Below are positions 25,901-36,340 of a DNA stretch of 45,992 nucleotides, piece after piece (position 1 is the stretch's first letter; the number at the start of each line of letters is the position of its first letter). Both the position numbers and the translations under genes were made by a program. The stretch spans positions 1 to 45,992 of the forward strand of contig JBFWWQ010000001.1 of the NCBI GenBank assembly GCA_050246095.1. Direction: 5' to 3'. The stretch is from Pseudorhodoplanes sp. (GTDB lineage Bacteria > Pseudomonadota > Alphaproteobacteria > Rhizobiales > Xanthobacteraceae). The notes beneath the pieces were generated by a model, which saw only the letters and a list, made by a program, of their open reading frames with translations, was not told the origin of the DNA and searched no databases.

Positions 25901-26625
25901 TGTCGCGGCGCGCGGGCCAGATCCGCACCTTCTCGTTCGCCTCCAAGATCGGGCGCGACACGCCGCTCACCGGCGATCTGCGCGGCGGCGCGCGCGGGCG
26001 CCAGGTGCTGTATCTGGAGACCGAGGACGCCGGCGCGCTGTTCCGCTTCACCGACAATTATGCGCGCATGCAGGGCGGCCAGATGTGGGTCGCGATGGAC
26101 CCGCCGACCGCCGATCACGCGCCGCAGGACGGCATCCTCAACATCCGCGATTTCTCCGTGCGCGGCGAGCCGGCGCTCGACCGCGTGGTGGGTGCGCATG
26201 CGACTGCGCAGACCGGGGTGGGCTTCTCGCGCATGCGCGTGGAATTCACCCGTTCGCCCGGCAAGCTCGCGGTGCGCGAGGGCGTGGTGCGCGGACCGAC
26301 CATCGGGGCCACGATGGACGGCACCATCGATTTCGCCAGCAACGAGGTGCGCATGCGCGGCACCTTCGTGCCGCTTTACGGGCTGAACAACGCCTTCGGC
26401 CAGATCCCGATCGTCGGCCTGTTCCTCGGCGGCAGCAACGAGGGTCTGCTCGGCATCACCTATGAAGTGGTCGGCGCGCCGAACAAGCCGGTGCTGCGGG
26501 TCAATCCGATTTCAGCGGCGGCGCCCGGCCTGCTGCGCAAGTTCTTCGAGTTTCCGGGCGAGCGCGGCACGCAGCCGGCCGATCAGCGGCCGAGCGCCTA
26601 TTCCAATCCCGAAGCCACACGCTAG
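22978..26625 (+). CDS. AsmA-like/YhdP (DUF3971) envelope lipid-transfer protein
   Basis: 1215 aa, one N-terminal TM, beta-rich body, C-terminal GTFVPLYGLN...IP..G..L.G.....L.GITY.V.G....P...VNP.S..APG.LR..F motif; synteny bcp-YhdP-tyrS; start uncertain. Confidence 0.85.
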   Translation: MTGKQKSSRLAALHALEDDLHRHHGTSRKGRRRARASWRWPALGRYWKRAQILLQQSGLKRGWRRVAPSRTTMRQARKALRRPLVRKIAVGGGFAALIAVIGIAGFIARLMMGPIELGIATPFLESAIKQTIGNSHDVQIGGTQIERDHGRNSIRVSNVVIRDADGAIVAGAPKAEVSVSGTSLLFGRLRVKRLSLVEAELAMRIETDGQVTISTGAERRPIAVTPAIVKPAEAIGPNRVPLAPGTTPFPTAGEHFAAFMEWLDKFAAGGDESVLGEIGLKDGKLSVDDRRTGKAWSFDNINFSMTRPGRGVLVLRLGSEEDERTWSLVASVTPVGPQRRAIQVEARKVSTRDILLATRLDDVVKADVPLSGVIRAEIGADSLPRTIEGRLVAESGLIGDPADSDGSFQLDRAEFSLDWDSTRRSMVVPFQVLSGTNRVTLLSQFEAPFEAGGPWRVTVTGGSIVLGPRHTNDNPLVLNRIMLRAKLDPAQRRISLEQGDIGGAGVNLAMGGNLDFSGPELRVAGGMAGTPMSGPVAKKIWPVFVASKVRSWVLNNMHSGEISRLELAANAPTDTLREGGPPIPEDGLSVDITVNNAVIQPVEGLPAIRDAELVTRIKGRHVAVTVNRGIVEMESGRKLTLTNGLFEIPDTDPKSPPARARFKIEGPVQAAAELLGSDKLREAAAGAPIDPATSRGNISGQVSVGFPIMRDPPKGATQYNIALDITNFGAEKLMLGQKVEAQTLKVTANAQGYQIKGDVRVNGTPAALDYRKPRDAPEADVSLRATLDEAARARLGLDAGAALSGPVPVRLSGKIANDKDARIQVEADLTQAKVENLLPGWVKPAGRPNRAVFTLVNKDKATRFEDISIEGSGANVRGNVELDSAGDVVSALFPIFALADGDKASVRAERGNDGALRVTMRGDVYDGRGFVKSSFSGQSAEQKAKQSFNDLDLDVRLGAVAGHNGETLRGMDFKMSRRAGQIRTFSFASKIGRDTPLTGDLRGGARGRQVLYLETEDAGALFRFTDNYARMQGGQMWVAMDPPTADHAPQDGILNIRDFSVRGEPALDRVVGAHATAQTGVGFSRMRVEFTRSPGKLAVREGVVRGPTIGATMDGTIDFASNEVRMRGTFVPLYGLNNAFGQIPIVGLFLGGSNEGLLGITYEVVGAPNKPVLRVNPISAAAPGLLRKFFEFPGERGTQPADQRPSAYSNPEATR

Positions 26626-26728
26626 AGCCTTTTCGAGCGAAGTGGGTACCGGTTCGCGTCAAGAAAATGCGATCAAATAAAGGAATCTAAAGCACGTTCC
26701 GATTCCATGTAAAACGAACGTGCTTTAG
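26622..26728 (+). repeat. 107-bp two-hairpin intergenic repeat (RIME/Bru-RS-like), copy 2
   Basis: About 93% identical to the reverse complement of 6695-6801; CTAG end overlaps the stop codon of the YhdP-like gene. Confidence 0.9.
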
Positions 26729-26773
26729 CGCGATGACGGCGCGTCGCGCGCCGCACGCATCTTTGGATCGGCG

Positions 26774-28027
26774 CTAGACCGGCTTCATCAGCACGTGCTT
26801 CTTGCGTCCGAGCGACAGCTTGATCACGCCTTCCGGCGTCAGGTCGCGCGGCGTGAGCATCATCTTCTCGTCGGTCACCGCGATGTCGTTGACGCGGATG
26901 CCGCCGCCCTTGATCTGGCGGCGCGCCTCGCTGGTCGAGGCGACGAGGGCCGCCATCACGTTGGCGGTGAGGATGCCGATGCCCCGGTCGAGATCGGCGC
27001 GGGAAATCTCCACCGTCGGCAGCGTCTCGGCGAGCGCGCCTTCCTCGAAGGTCTTGCGCGCGGTCTCGGAAACCTTGTCGGCCTGTTCGCGCCCGTGCAG
27101 CAGGGCGGTCGCTTCGCTCGCCAGCACTTTCTTGGCGTCGTTGATCTCCTGGCCCTGCAGTGCGCCGAGGCGGGCGATCTCGCCTAGCGGCAGCGTGGTG
27201 AAGAGCCTCAGGAAGCGCACCACGTCCGCGTCCTCGGTGTTGCGCCAGAACTGCCAGTATTCGTAGGGCGAGAGCATGTCGGCGTTGAGCCACACCGCGC
27301 CCGCCGCGGTCTTACCCATCTTCGCGCCCGAAGCGGTGGTGAGCAGCGGGCAGGTCAGCGCATGGAGCTGCGGCGTGCCCAGCCGCCGCCCGAGATCGAT
27401 GCCGGAGACGATATTGCCCCACTGATCGGAGCCGCCCATCTGCAGGATGCACCGGTAGCGCTTGTTCAGTTCCACGAAATCGTAGGCCTGCAGGATCATG
27501 TAGTTGAATTCGAGGAACGAGAGCTCCTGCTGCCGGTCGAGCCGCAGCTTCACCGAATCGAAGGACAGCATGCGGTTGATCGAGAAGTGCCGGCCGACAT
27601 CGCGCAGGAAGTCGATATAGTTGAGCGTCGCCAGCCACTCCGCGTTGTCGGCCATGATCGCGTCGCCGCGGCCCTCGCCGAACTTCAGGAAGCGGGAGAA
27701 CGTGCCCTTGATCGCCTGCTTGTTGGCTTCGATCTGCCCGACGGTGAGGATTCGGCGCGTCTCGTCGCGGCCAGAGGGGTCGCCGACCCGCGTGGTGCCG
27801 CCGCCCATCAGCGCGATCGGCTTCTGGCCGGTCTGCTGCAGCCAGTGCAGCATCATGATCGACAGCAGGTGCCCGATATGCAGCGAGGGCGCGGTGCAGT
27901 CATATCCGACATAGGCCACGATTTTGCCCGCGCGGGCGGCGGCGTCGAGCCCCTCCGGATCGGAGACCTGATGGATATAGCCGCGCTCGGTGAGCACGCG
28001 CAGGAAGTCGGAGCTGTATCGGGTCAT
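26774..28027 (-). CDS. tyrS: Tyrosine--tRNA ligase
   Basis: HIGH motif [24 protein letters not shown]-terminal S4 domain. Confidence 0.97.
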   Translation of the reverse strand: MTRYSSDFLRVLTERGYIHQVSDPEGLDAAARAGKIVAYVGYDCTAPSLHIGHLLSIMMLHWLQQTGQKPIALMGGGTTRVGDPSGRDETRRILTVGQIEANKQAIKGTFSRFLKFGEGRGDAIMADNAEWLATLNYIDFLRDVGRHFSINRMLSFDSVKLRLDRQQELSFLEFNYMILQAYDFVELNKRYRCILQMGGSDQWGNIVSGIDLGRRLGTPQLHALTCPLLTTASGAKMGKTAAGAVWLNADMLSPYEYWQFWRNTEDADVVRFLRLFTTLPLGEIARLGALQGQEINDAKKVLASEATALLHGREQADKVSETARKTFEEGALAETLPTVEISRADLDRGIGILTANVMAALVASTSEARRQIKGGGIRVNDIAVTDEKMMLTPRDLTPEGVIKLSLGRKKHVLMKPV

Positions 28028-28095
28028 TGGGCTGTCGGGTTTCGGGGCGGTGGTGTAACAGGTCTGCCGCGGGATTCAAACGGGCGGGAAGCGGG

Positions 28096-29226
28096 ATGGG
28101 TGTGCGGACCTATCGGGCCATCGGGCTGATGAGCGGGACGTCGATGGACGGTATCGACGTGGCGCTGATCGAGACGGACGGCGAGAACGCCGTCCGTTTC
28201 GGGCCGAGCGCGCTGCACGCCTATCGCGGCGAGGCGGTGCGCACGCTGCGCGAGGCGATGGCGGCGGCGCAGAGTCTCACCGACCGCGCCGCGCGACCGG
28301 GCGTGCTGGCGCAGGCCGAACGGCTTGTCACCGACCTGCACGCCGCCGCGGTGCGGGCCTTTCTCGAGGCCAACCGCATCGATCCGCGCGGCATCGACGT
28401 GGTCGGCTTCCACGGGCAGACCGTGCTGCACCGGCCCGAGCGGCGCCTGACGGTGCAGATCGGCGACGGGCCTGCGCTGGCCGCGGCGCTCGGCCTTCCC
28501 GTGGTCTGCGACTTTCGCGCGGCCGATGTCGCGGCCGGCGGGCAGGGGGCCCCCCTGGTGCCGGTCTTCCACCAGGCGCTGTCGCGCAACCTCGCGCGCC
28601 CGCATCCGATCGCGGTGGTGAATATCGGCGGCGTCGCCAACGTCACCTATGTCGATGGCGGCGATCCGGTCGCCTGCGACACCGGGCCGGGCAACGCCTT
28701 GCTCGACGATTTCATGCGCGCGCGCAGCGGCCTGCCGCAGGATCCGGCGGGCGTGAATGCCGCCCAAGGCGAAGTCGATGAAGAGGCCGTCGCGCGCGTC
28801 CTGGCGCATCCCTTCTTTGCGAAGGCGCCGCCGAAATCGCTCGACCGCAACGACTTCCGCGAATGGGTGGCGCGCGAGGCCGCGCTCGATCGCAAAAGTA
28901 TCGAGGACGGTGCGGCGACCCTGACGGCGATCACCGCCGCGACCATCGCCGCCGCCGTTGCGCTGCTGCCGTCCGTGCCGCAAAGCTGGATCGTGTGCGG
29001 GGGCGGGGCGCGCAATGTCACGCTCATGCGCATGCTGGCGGAGAAGCTGGCGTCGGCGAGCGTGGAAACCGCGGATACGGTGGGCTGGAGCGGCGATGCG
29101 ATGGAGGCGCAGGCCTTCGCCTATCTCGCCGTGCGCACGCTGCGCAGTCTGCCGATCACGTTTCCTACGACAACCAATGCGCCGCGCCCGATGCGCGGCG
29201 GCCTCTCGATAGGCGTTCGTCCGTAA
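28096..29226 (+). CDS. anmK: Anhydro-N-acetylmuramic acid kinase
   Basis: [59 protein letters not shown]. Confidence 0.95.
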   Translation: MGVRTYRAIGLMSGTSMDGIDVALIETDGENAVRFGPSALHAYRGEAVRTLREAMAAAQSLTDRAARPGVLAQAERLVTDLHAAAVRAFLEANRIDPRGIDVVGFHGQTVLHRPERRLTVQIGDGPALAAALGLPVVCDFRAADVAAGGQGAPLVPVFHQALSRNLARPHPIAVVNIGGVANVTYVDGGDPVACDTGPGNALLDDFMRARSGLPQDPAGVNAAQGEVDEEAVARVLAHPFFAKAPPKSLDRNDFREWVAREAALDRKSIEDGAATLTAITAATIAAAVALLPSVPQSWIVCGGGARNVTLMRMLAEKLASASVETADTVGWSGDAMEAQAFAYLAVRTLRSLPITFPTTTNAPRPMRGGLSIGVRP

Positions 29227-29249
29227 CGGGCGGGGACGGATTTCCCGCG

Positions 29250-29912
29250 CTACGTCGCGGTCGGCTTCTTCACGGTGCCGAGTCGCTTGTCGAGATAGCC
29301 GTTCACCGAGGTCATCAGCGCCTCGATCTTGCTGTCGAAGAAGTGGTTGGCGCCGGGCACGACCTTCTGCTCGATGATGATGCCCTTCTGCGTCTTCAGC
29401 TTCTCCACAAGACCGGTGACGTCCTTGTGCGGCACCACCGCGTCCTTGTCGCCGTGGATGATCAGGCCGGACGAGGGGCAGGGCGCGAGAAAGGAGAAGT
29501 CGTAGAGATTGGCCGGCGGCGCGATCGAGATGAACCCCTCGATTTCGGGCCGGCGCATCAGGAGCTGCATGCCGATCCAGGCGCCGAACGAGAAGCCGGC
29601 GATCCAGCAGGAACGCGCTTCCGGGTTGATCGACTGCGCCCAGTCGAGTGCGGAGGCCGCATCCGACAATTCGCCCGCGCCGTGGTCGAACGAGCCCTGG
29701 CTGCGCCCCACGCCGCGGAAGTTGAACCGCAGCACCGTGAAGTTGCGGTGCACGAAGGCGTAGTACATCTGGTAGACGATCTGGTGATTCATCGTCCCGC
29801 CGAATTGCGGGTGCGGATGCAGCACGATCGCGAGCGGGGCGTTCTTCTGCGGGGCGGGATGGTAGCGCCCCTCGATGCGTCCGGCAGGACCGGTAAAGAT
29901 GACTTCAGGCAT
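29250..29912 (-). CDS. Alpha/beta hydrolase (conserved, divergent from suf)
   Basis: HPHPQFGGTM, RFNFRGVGRSQG, GFSFG nucleophile, ANHFF. Confidence 0.9.
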   Translation of the reverse strand: MPEVIFTGPAGRIEGRYHPAPQKNAPLAIVLHPHPQFGGTMNHQIVYQMYYAFVHRNFTVLRFNFRGVGRSQGSFDHGAGELSDAASALDWAQSINPEARSCWIAGFSFGAWIGMQLLMRRPEIEGFISIAPPANLYDFSFLAPCPSSGLIIHGDKDAVVPHKDVTGLVEKLKTQKGIIIEQKVVPGANHFFDSKIEALMTSVNGYLDKRLGTVKKPTAT

Positions 29913-29969
29913 TGCGGCCTCTCGACCTCAGGCGGGCGTGCGCGCTCGCACACGGTTTCTCAACGGCGC

Positions 29970-29998
29970 TTGACGGAACCGGCTGGCGCACGTATTCA
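29970..29998 (+). promoter_or_regulatory. sigma70 promoter of the suf operon
   Basis: TTGACG-N17-TATTCA immediately before the ICE motif. Confidence 0.6.
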
Positions 29999-29999
29999 G

Positions 30000-30016
30000 T
30001 TTAGAACCATTCTAAA
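30000..30016. promoter_or_regulatory. Iron control element (ICE / Irr box)
   Basis: TTTAGAACCATTCTAAA, a perfect TTTAGAA-N3-TTCTAAA palindrome upstream of the suf operon. Confidence 0.92.
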
Positions 30017-30143
30017 TCTGGGATGCGCCCAGGGAGCCGCCAAGGGCCGGTCCGGCGCAATGGCGACCTTATCGCGATTTGGATGGCGAAATGCAAGGGT
30101 AACCCGCATGGCCATGCCAGGGGCGGTGCCGTATGAGACCGGA

Positions 30144-31310
30144 ATGAGCGAGCGCGCCTATCTCGACTGGAATGCCACCGCCCCGCTGCGGGCAGAGGCG
30201 CGTGCGGCCATGCTGTCGGCGCTGGATGCGGCCGGCAACCCGTCGTCCGTGCACGGGGAGGGCCGCGCGGCGCGGGCGCTGATCGAGCAGGCGCGCGAAC
30301 ACGTCGCCGCCCTGGCCGGCGCCCGGCCCGAAAATGTGGTGTTCACCTCGGGCGGCACCGAGGCCAACAACCTCGCGCTCACCCCGGACATCCAGGTCGG
30401 CCATGACCGCGCGCCGCGCGACCGGCTGCTGGTTTCGGCCATCGAACATCCCTCGGTCCTGGCCGGCGGGCGTTTTCCGGCCGGTGCGCTCGCGGTGCTG
30501 CCGGTGACCGGCGAGGGGATCGTCGATCTCGGCGCGCTGCGGGCGGTCCTGGCCAAGGGCGTCCGTCCGCTGGTCTCGGTGATGCTCGCCAACAACGAGA
30601 CCGGCATCGTTCAACCGATTTCCGAAGTCGCTGCGATCGTGCATGAAGCGGGCGGCCTGCTGCATGTCGATGCGGTCCAGGCCGCCGGCCGAATCGCCTT
30701 GGACATCAAGGCCTTGGGCGCTGATCTGTTGACGCTTTCGGCGCACAAGCTGGGGGGACCCAAGGGCGCCGGGGCGCTGCTGCGCGCGCACGAATCGATG
30801 CATTTTCCCTCGCCGCTGCTGCGCGGCGGCGGCCAGGAGCGCGGCCTGCGCGCCGGCACCGAAAATGTCGCGGCGATCGCCGGGTTCGGGGCGGCGGCAC
30901 AGGCGGCGCGGCACGACACTGCGGCGGAGGCCGCGGCCATGCTGGCCCTGCGCCACGCCCTGGAACGGGGACTGAAGGCCGTCTCGCCGGAGGTGACGAT
31001 TTTCGGCGAATCCGCTGTCCGCCTGCCCAATACCACCTTGTTCGCCCTGTCCGGGATCAAGGCGGAGACCGCCCTGATCGGGCTCGACCTCGGAGGCATC
31101 GCGGTATCCTCGGGCTCGGCCTGTTCGTCGGGGAAAGTGCAGGAATCGCACGTGCTTTCGGCCATGCGGGTGCCCCCGGCGCTCGCGGGCGGGGCGATCC
31201 GCGTCAGCCTCGGGCCGTCCACCACGCAAAGCGAGGTCGAAGGGTTTCTGGAAACTTGGAAAAAGCTGTCTGAATCACTAGGTAAGGAGCGACGTGGCAT
31301 AGCCGCTTGA
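30144..31310 (+). CDS. Cysteine desulfurase, group I (IscS/NifS-like)
   Basis: [36 protein letters not shown] (PLP Lys), SSGSACSSG. Confidence 0.92.
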   Translation: MSERAYLDWNATAPLRAEARAAMLSALDAAGNPSSVHGEGRAARALIEQAREHVAALAGARPENVVFTSGGTEANNLALTPDIQVGHDRAPRDRLLVSAIEHPSVLAGGRFPAGALAVLPVTGEGIVDLGALRAVLAKGVRPLVSVMLANNETGIVQPISEVAAIVHEAGGLLHVDAVQAAGRIALDIKALGADLLTLSAHKLGGPKGAGALLRAHESMHFPSPLLRGGGQERGLRAGTENVAAIAGFGAAAQAARHDTAAEAAAMLALRHALERGLKAVSPEVTIFGESAVRLPNTTLFALSGIKAETALIGLDLGGIAVSSGSACSSGKVQESHVLSAMRVPPALAGGAIRVSLGPSTTQSEVEGFLETWKKLSESLGKERRGIAA

Positions 31311-31404
31311 TCGACCTTCGGAGGGTTTGTCCGGGCGCGATTTCACGACACTCATAACCGACACATCCATTCCCGCGGTCCTTGAAACCGCGACGGAGGA
31401 GCGA

Positions 31405-32898
31405 ATGCCGGCCGTACAAGAGACCGTCGATCAGGTTCGGCGGATCGACGTTGACCAGTACAAGTACGGGTTCGAAACCAAGATCGAATCCGAAAAGGCC
31501 CCGAAGGGCCTGTCCGAGGATATTGTCCGCTTCATCTCGGCCAAGAAGGACGAGCCCGCCTGGATGCTGGAATGGCGGCTCGAGGCCTTTCGCCGCTGGC
31601 TGACCATGCGTGAGCCGACCTGGGCGCGCGTCGATTATCCGAAGATCGATTATCAGGACTATTACTATTACGCGGCGCCGAAGAAGAAGCCGTCGCTGAA
31701 GTCGCTCGACGAGGTCGATCCGGAAATCCTCGAGACCTACAAGAAGCTCGGCATTCCGCTGCGCGAGCAGGAGATTCTCGCCGGCGTCGTGCGCGAGGAC
31801 GGCGAGGGGCGGCCCTATGCCAAGGTCGCGGTCGATGCGGTGTTCGATTCGGTATCGGTCGCGACCACCTTCAAGGAGGAGTTGAAGAAGGCCGGCGTGA
31901 TTTTCATGCCGATCTCGGAGGCGATCCGCGAGCATCCCGACCTGGTGAAGAAATATCTCGGCTCGGTCGTGCCGGTCACCGACAATTTCTTCGCGACGCT
32001 GAATTCGGCGGTGTTCTCCGACGGTTCGTTCGTCTACGTGCCGCCGGGCGTGCGCTGCCCGATGGAGCTGTCGACCTATTTCCGCATCAACGAGAAGAAC
32101 ACCGGTCAGTTCGAGCGCACGCTGATCGTCGCCGACAAGGGCTCCTATGTGAGCTACCTCGAAGGCTGCACGGCGCCGCAGCGCGACGAGAACCAGCTGC
32201 ATGCCGCGGTGGTCGAACTCGTCGCGCTCGACGACGCCGAGATCAAGTATTCGACCGTGCAGAACTGGTATCCCGGCGATTCGGAAGGGCGCGGCGGCAT
32301 CTACAATTTCGTCACCAAGCGCGGCGATTGCCGCGGGCCGCGCTCGAAGATTTCCTGGACGCAGGTGGAGACCGGCTCGGCGATCACCTGGAAATATCCG
32401 AGCTGCATCCTGCGCGGCGATGGTTCTCGCGGGGAATTCTACTCGATCGCCATCTCCAACGGCCGCCAGCAGGTCGATTCCGGCACCAAGATGATCCATC
32501 TCGGCAAGAACACGACCAGCCGGATCATCTCCAAGGGCATCTCCGCGGGCCGCTCGCAGAACACCTATCGCGGGCTCGTCTCCGCGCATCGCAAGGCCAC
32601 GGGCGCGCGCAATTTCACCAATTGCGATTCGCTCCTCGTCGGCAACAAATGCGGCGCGCATACCGTGCCGTATCTGGAGGCGAAGAATTCGTCCGCCGTG
32701 TTCGAGCATGAGGCGACGACGTCGAAGATTTCGGAAGACATGCTGTTCTATTGCCGCCAGCGCGGGCTGTCGGCGGAGGAGGCGACCGCGCTCGTCGTCA
32801 ACGGCTTCGTCAAGGACGTGCTGCAGCAGCTTCCGATGGAGTTCGCGGTCGAGGCGCAGAAGCTGATCTCGATCAGCCTGGAGGGAAGCGTCGGGTAG
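31405..32898 (+). CDS. sufB: Fe-S cluster assembly scaffold SufB
   Basis: [45 protein letters not shown]; GGAGG RBS. Confidence 0.97.
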   Translation: MPAVQETVDQVRRIDVDQYKYGFETKIESEKAPKGLSEDIVRFISAKKDEPAWMLEWRLEAFRRWLTMREPTWARVDYPKIDYQDYYYYAAPKKKPSLKSLDEVDPEILETYKKLGIPLREQEILAGVVREDGEGRPYAKVAVDAVFDSVSVATTFKEELKKAGVIFMPISEAIREHPDLVKKYLGSVVPVTDNFFATLNSAVFSDGSFVYVPPGVRCPMELSTYFRINEKNTGQFERTLIVADKGSYVSYLEGCTAPQRDENQLHAAVVELVALDDAEIKYSTVQNWYPGDSEGRGGIYNFVTKRGDCRGPRSKISWTQVETGSAITWKYPSCILRGDGSRGEFYSIAISNGRQQVDSGTKMIHLGKNTTSRIISKGISAGRSQNTYRGLVSAHRKATGARNFTNCDSLLVGNKCGAHTVPYLEAKNSSAVFEHEATTSKISEDMLFYCRQRGLSAEEATALVVNGFVKDVLQQLPMEFAVEAQKLISISLEGSVG

Positions 32899-33015
32899 TT
32901 CGATCCCGCGATCCCGGGCGGCCGCACGGCGCACGAGAACGACGGGCGGCATCCCTGGAGACACGGCGCCGCCGCGCATTCCGGGATGACGGATGGAGAC
33001 AGGAAAGAAACTGAA

Positions 33016-33771
33016 ATGGCTCTGCTGGAAATCAAGAATCTGCACGCCGAGATCGACGGCAAGAAAATCCTCAACGGTCTCAACCTGACGCTGGAAAAGG
33101 GCCAGGTCGCCGCCATCATGGGCCCGAACGGCTCGGGCAAGTCGACGCTCGCCTATGTGCTTGCCGGCAAGGAGGATTACGACGTCACCGACGGCGACAT
33201 CCTGTTCGACGGCGAAAGCATTCTGGAGATGGATCCCGACATCCGCGCCGCCAAGGGCCTGTTCCTCGCCTTCCAGTATCCGATCGAAATTCCCGGCGTC
33301 GCCACCATGACCTTCCTGCGCACCGCGCTCAACGCGCAGCGCAAGGCGCGCGGCGAGGCGGAAATCTCGACGCCCGATTTCCTCAAGCGGGTGCGCGAGG
33401 CTGCGGCCAAGCTCGACATCGACCAGGACATGCTGCGCCGTTCGGTCAATGTCGGCTTCTCCGGCGGCGAGAAGAAGCGCGCGGAAGTGCTGCAGATGAC
33501 GATGTTCGCGCCGCGCCTTGCGGTTCTCGACGAGACCGATTCCGGCCTCGACATCGATGCGCTCAAGGTCGCGGCCGACGGCGTGAACCGCCTGCGCTCG
33601 CCGGAGCGGTCGTTCCTCGTCATCACCCATTATCAGCGGCTGCTCGATCACATCGTGCCGGACGTGGTGCATGTGCTTTCCAAGGGCCGCATCGTGAAGT
33701 CGGGCGGCAAGGAGCTGGCGCTCGAACTCGAGGCGCGCGGCTATGCGGAATACCAGGACGAGGCGGCGTAA
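33016..33771 (+). CDS. sufC: Fe-S cluster assembly ATPase SufC
   Basis: GPNGSGKST, FQYPIEIPGV, GFSGGEKKR, LDETDSGLD, ITHYQRLL. Confidence 0.97.
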   Translation: MALLEIKNLHAEIDGKKILNGLNLTLEKGQVAAIMGPNGSGKSTLAYVLAGKEDYDVTDGDILFDGESILEMDPDIRAAKGLFLAFQYPIEIPGVATMTFLRTALNAQRKARGEAEISTPDFLKRVREAAAKLDIDQDMLRRSVNVGFSGGEKKRAEVLQMTMFAPRLAVLDETDSGLDIDALKVAADGVNRLRSPERSFLVITHYQRLLDHIVPDVVHVLSKGRIVKSGGKELALELEARGYAEYQDEAA

Positions 33772-33776
33772 CGGCG

Positions 33777-35099
33777 ATGGCTGATCTGACTGTCGTCAAG
33801 ACCGAGGCCGAGAAGGGCCTCGCCGAGGCCTTCAGCGCGGCGCAGCCGAAGCTGCCGGGCGGCGGCGCGGTCGCGGCCATGCGCGAAGCCGCGTTCCGGC
33901 ACTTCCAGACGCAGGGCCTGCCGCACCGGCGCGTCGAGGAATACAAGTATACTGACCTTCGCACGCTGATGCGCGATGCCAAGCCGCTGGCGACCCCGCC
34001 CGGCGCGGCCGCGCTCGACATGGCGCGTCGCCGCCAGCCGCTCGACGAACTGGGCGCGCTCACCCTGACGCTGGTGAACGGCAGTCTGGTGCCGTCCTTG
34101 TCCGACCTGTCGGCCAGGGAGCCCGGTCTGACCGTCGTCCCGCTGGCGCAGGCGCTGGCGGATGGCAGTCCGCATGTCGGCCTGGTCGGCAAGGTGGCGG
34201 GCGATCAGCGCGACGTCATGGTGGCGCTGAACACCGCATTCCTCAATGACGGGATCATCATCGCGGTCGCCGACGGCGCGTCGGTCGACCGGCCGATCCT
34301 CGTGCGCCATGTGTTCGGCGACAGCGCGGCGGCGGCGACCTATGCGCGCATCGTGCTTTCCGTCGGCAAGGGCGCGCGCGTGCACCTGATCGAGAGTTTC
34401 GCGGGCAGCGAGGCCGCCTATCAGGTCAATTCCGCGCTGGAAATCGCGGTCGGCGACGGCGCGCATGTCGATCACGTGAAGCTCGTGGAGGAGGGCGCGA
34501 GCGCCCTGCATGTTTCCAGCCTGCTCGCCGATATCGGCGCGCATGCGCGGTTCAACGATTTCACCTTCGTCACCGGCGGCGCCGCGGTGCGCAACCAGCT
34601 GTTCGTGCGCTTTGCCGGCGAGGAGACGGTGGCACGCCTGCACGGGGCGACCATGCTGCGCGGCCGCCAGCATGCCGACACGACGCTGGTCGCCGATCAC
34701 GCGGTCGGCCATTGCCAGAGCCGCGAATTGTTCAAGTCGGTGCTGGACGGCGAAAGCCGCGGCATTTTCCAGGGCAAGATCATCGTCCAGCCGCACGCCC
34801 AGAAGACTGACGGCAAGATGGCGACGCATGCGCTGCTGCTGTCGGAAGGCGCGGAGGCCGACGCCAAGCCGGAGCTGGAGATTTTTGCCGACGACGTGGT
34901 GTGCGGACACGGCGCGACGGCGGGCGCGCTCGACGACGATCTGCTGTTCTATCTGCGCGCGCGCGGCATTCCGCCCAAGGAGGCGGAGGCGCTGCTGATC
35001 CAGGCCTTCATCGGGGAAGCGGTGGAGGGCATCGAGCATGCGGGCCTGCGCGAATTGCTGATGGAATCCGCCACAAGCTGGCTGGCGGCGCGAGGCTGA
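33777..35099 (+). CDS. sufD: Fe-S cluster assembly protein SufD
   Basis: GLPHRRVEEYKYTDL, FQGKIIV...AQKTDG, KPELEIFADDV.CGHGAT. Confidence 0.95.
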   Translation: MADLTVVKTEAEKGLAEAFSAAQPKLPGGGAVAAMREAAFRHFQTQGLPHRRVEEYKYTDLRTLMRDAKPLATPPGAAALDMARRRQPLDELGALTLTLVNGSLVPSLSDLSAREPGLTVVPLAQALADGSPHVGLVGKVAGDQRDVMVALNTAFLNDGIIIAVADGASVDRPILVRHVFGDSAAAATYARIVLSVGKGARVHLIESFAGSEAAYQVNSALEIAVGDGAHVDHVKLVEEGASALHVSSLLADIGAHARFNDFTFVTGGAAVRNQLFVRFAGEETVARLHGATMLRGRQHADTTLVADHAVGHCQSRELFKSVLDGESRGIFQGKIIVQPHAQKTDGKMATHALLLSEGAEADAKPELEIFADDVVCGHGATAGALDDDLLFYLRARGIPPKEAEALLIQAFIGEAVEGIEHAGLRELLMESATSWLAARG

Positions 35100-35101
35100 C
35101 C

Positions 35102-36340
35102 ATGCTGACGCCCGCAAATGGCAGTTACGATGTGGCCCGCATCCGCGAGGATTTTCCCGCGCTTTCGATGCAGGTCTACGGAAAGCCGCTCGTCTATCTC
35201 GACAATGCCGCCTCCGCGCAGAAGCCGAAGGCCGTGCTCGAGCGCATCCAGAAGGCCTATACGTCCGAATATGCCAACGTGCATCGCGGCCTGCATTATC
35301 TCGCCAACGCCGCCACGGAGGGCTATGAGGGCGCGCGCGAGACGGTCGCGAAGTTCCTCAACGCGCCGCGCAAGGAAGAGGTGATCTTCACCCGCAACGC
35401 CACCGAGGCGATCAACCTCGTCGCCTATACGTTCGGCCGCGAACGCATCAAGGAAGGCGACGAGATCGTGCTCTCGATCATGGAGCACCATTCCAACATC
35501 GTGCCGTGGCATTTTCTGCGCGAGCGCCAGGGCGCGGTGATCAAATGGGCGCCGGTGGACGACGACGGCAATTTCCTGATCGAGGAGTTCGAGAAGCTGC
35601 TCGGCCCGCGTACCAGGATGGTCGCGATCACGCAGATGTCGAACGCGCTCGGCACCATCGTCCCGGTCAAGGAAGCGGTGAAGCGCGCGCAGGCGCGCGG
35701 CATCCCGGTGCTGGTCGACGGCAGCCAGGCCGCGGTGCATCTCGCCGTCGACGTGCAGGATATCGGCTGCGACTTCTATGTCCTGACCGGGCACAAGATT
35801 TACGGGCCTTCGGGGGTCGGCGTCTTGTGGGGCAAGCACGCGCATCTGGCCGCGATGCCGCCCTTCAACGGCGGCGGCGAGATGATCCGCGACGTGTTCG
35901 AGGACCGCGTCACCTATGGCGATCCGCCGCACAGGTTCGAGGCGGGGACGCCGCCGATCGTGCAGGCGATCGGGCTCGGCGCGGCCATCGACTATGTCAA
36001 TGCGATCGGCAAGGCGCGCATCCAGGCGCATGAGGATGCGCTGGTGCGCTATGCGCACGAGCGGCTCGGCGCCATCAATTCGCTGCGCATCATCGGCAGG
36101 GCGAAAGAGAAGGGCGCGATCGTCTCCTTCGAGATGCAGGGCGCGCATCCGCACGATGTCGCCACCATCATCGACCGCTCCGGCGTCGCCGTGCGTGCCG
36201 GCACGCATTGCACCATGCCGCTGCTCGCGCGCTTGGGCGTGAACGCGACCTGCCGGGCTTCTTTCGCGCTCTACAATACCCGCGACGAGGTCGACCGCCT
36301 CGCAGAGGCGCTGCTCAAGGCGCAGGAATTCTTCTCATGA
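35102..36340 (+). CDS. sufS: Cysteine desulfurase SufS (group II)
   Basis: YLDNAASAQKP, ANVHRG, EHHSNIVPW, TGHKIYGP, VRAGTHC. Confidence 0.95.
   Translation: MLTPANGSYDVARIREDFPALSMQVYGKPLVYLDNAASAQKPKAVLERIQKAYTSEYANVHRGLHYLANAATEGYEGARETVAKFLNAPRKEEVIFTRNATEAINLVAYTFGRERIKEGDEIVLSIMEHHSNIVPWHFLRERQGAVIKWAPVDDDGNFLIEEFEKLLGPRTRMVAITQMSNALGTIVPVKEAVKRAQARGIPVLVDGSQAAVHLAVDVQDIGCDFYVLTGHKIYGPSGVGVLWGKHAHLAAMPPFNGGGEMIRDVFEDRVTYGDPPHRFEAGTPPIVQAIGLGAAIDYVNAIGKARIQAHEDALVRYAHERLGAINSLRIIGRAKEKGAIVSFEMQGAHPHDVATIIDRSGVAVRAGTHCTMPLLARLGVNATCRASFALYNTRDEVDRLAEALLKAQEFFS

Noticed and set aside
28863-30143. Apparent 815-aa desulfurase fusion
   Set aside because: The upstream part overlaps anmK, the antisense hydrolase and the promoter; homology starts at MSERAYLD (30144)
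32899-33015. sufB-sufC spacer with a REP-like end (CATTCCGGGATGACG)
   Set aside because: Too degenerate and single-copy in this window to call as a repeat
30144-36340. Two cysteine desulfurases in one suf operon
   Set aside because: Common arrangement in alphaproteobacteria; not novel
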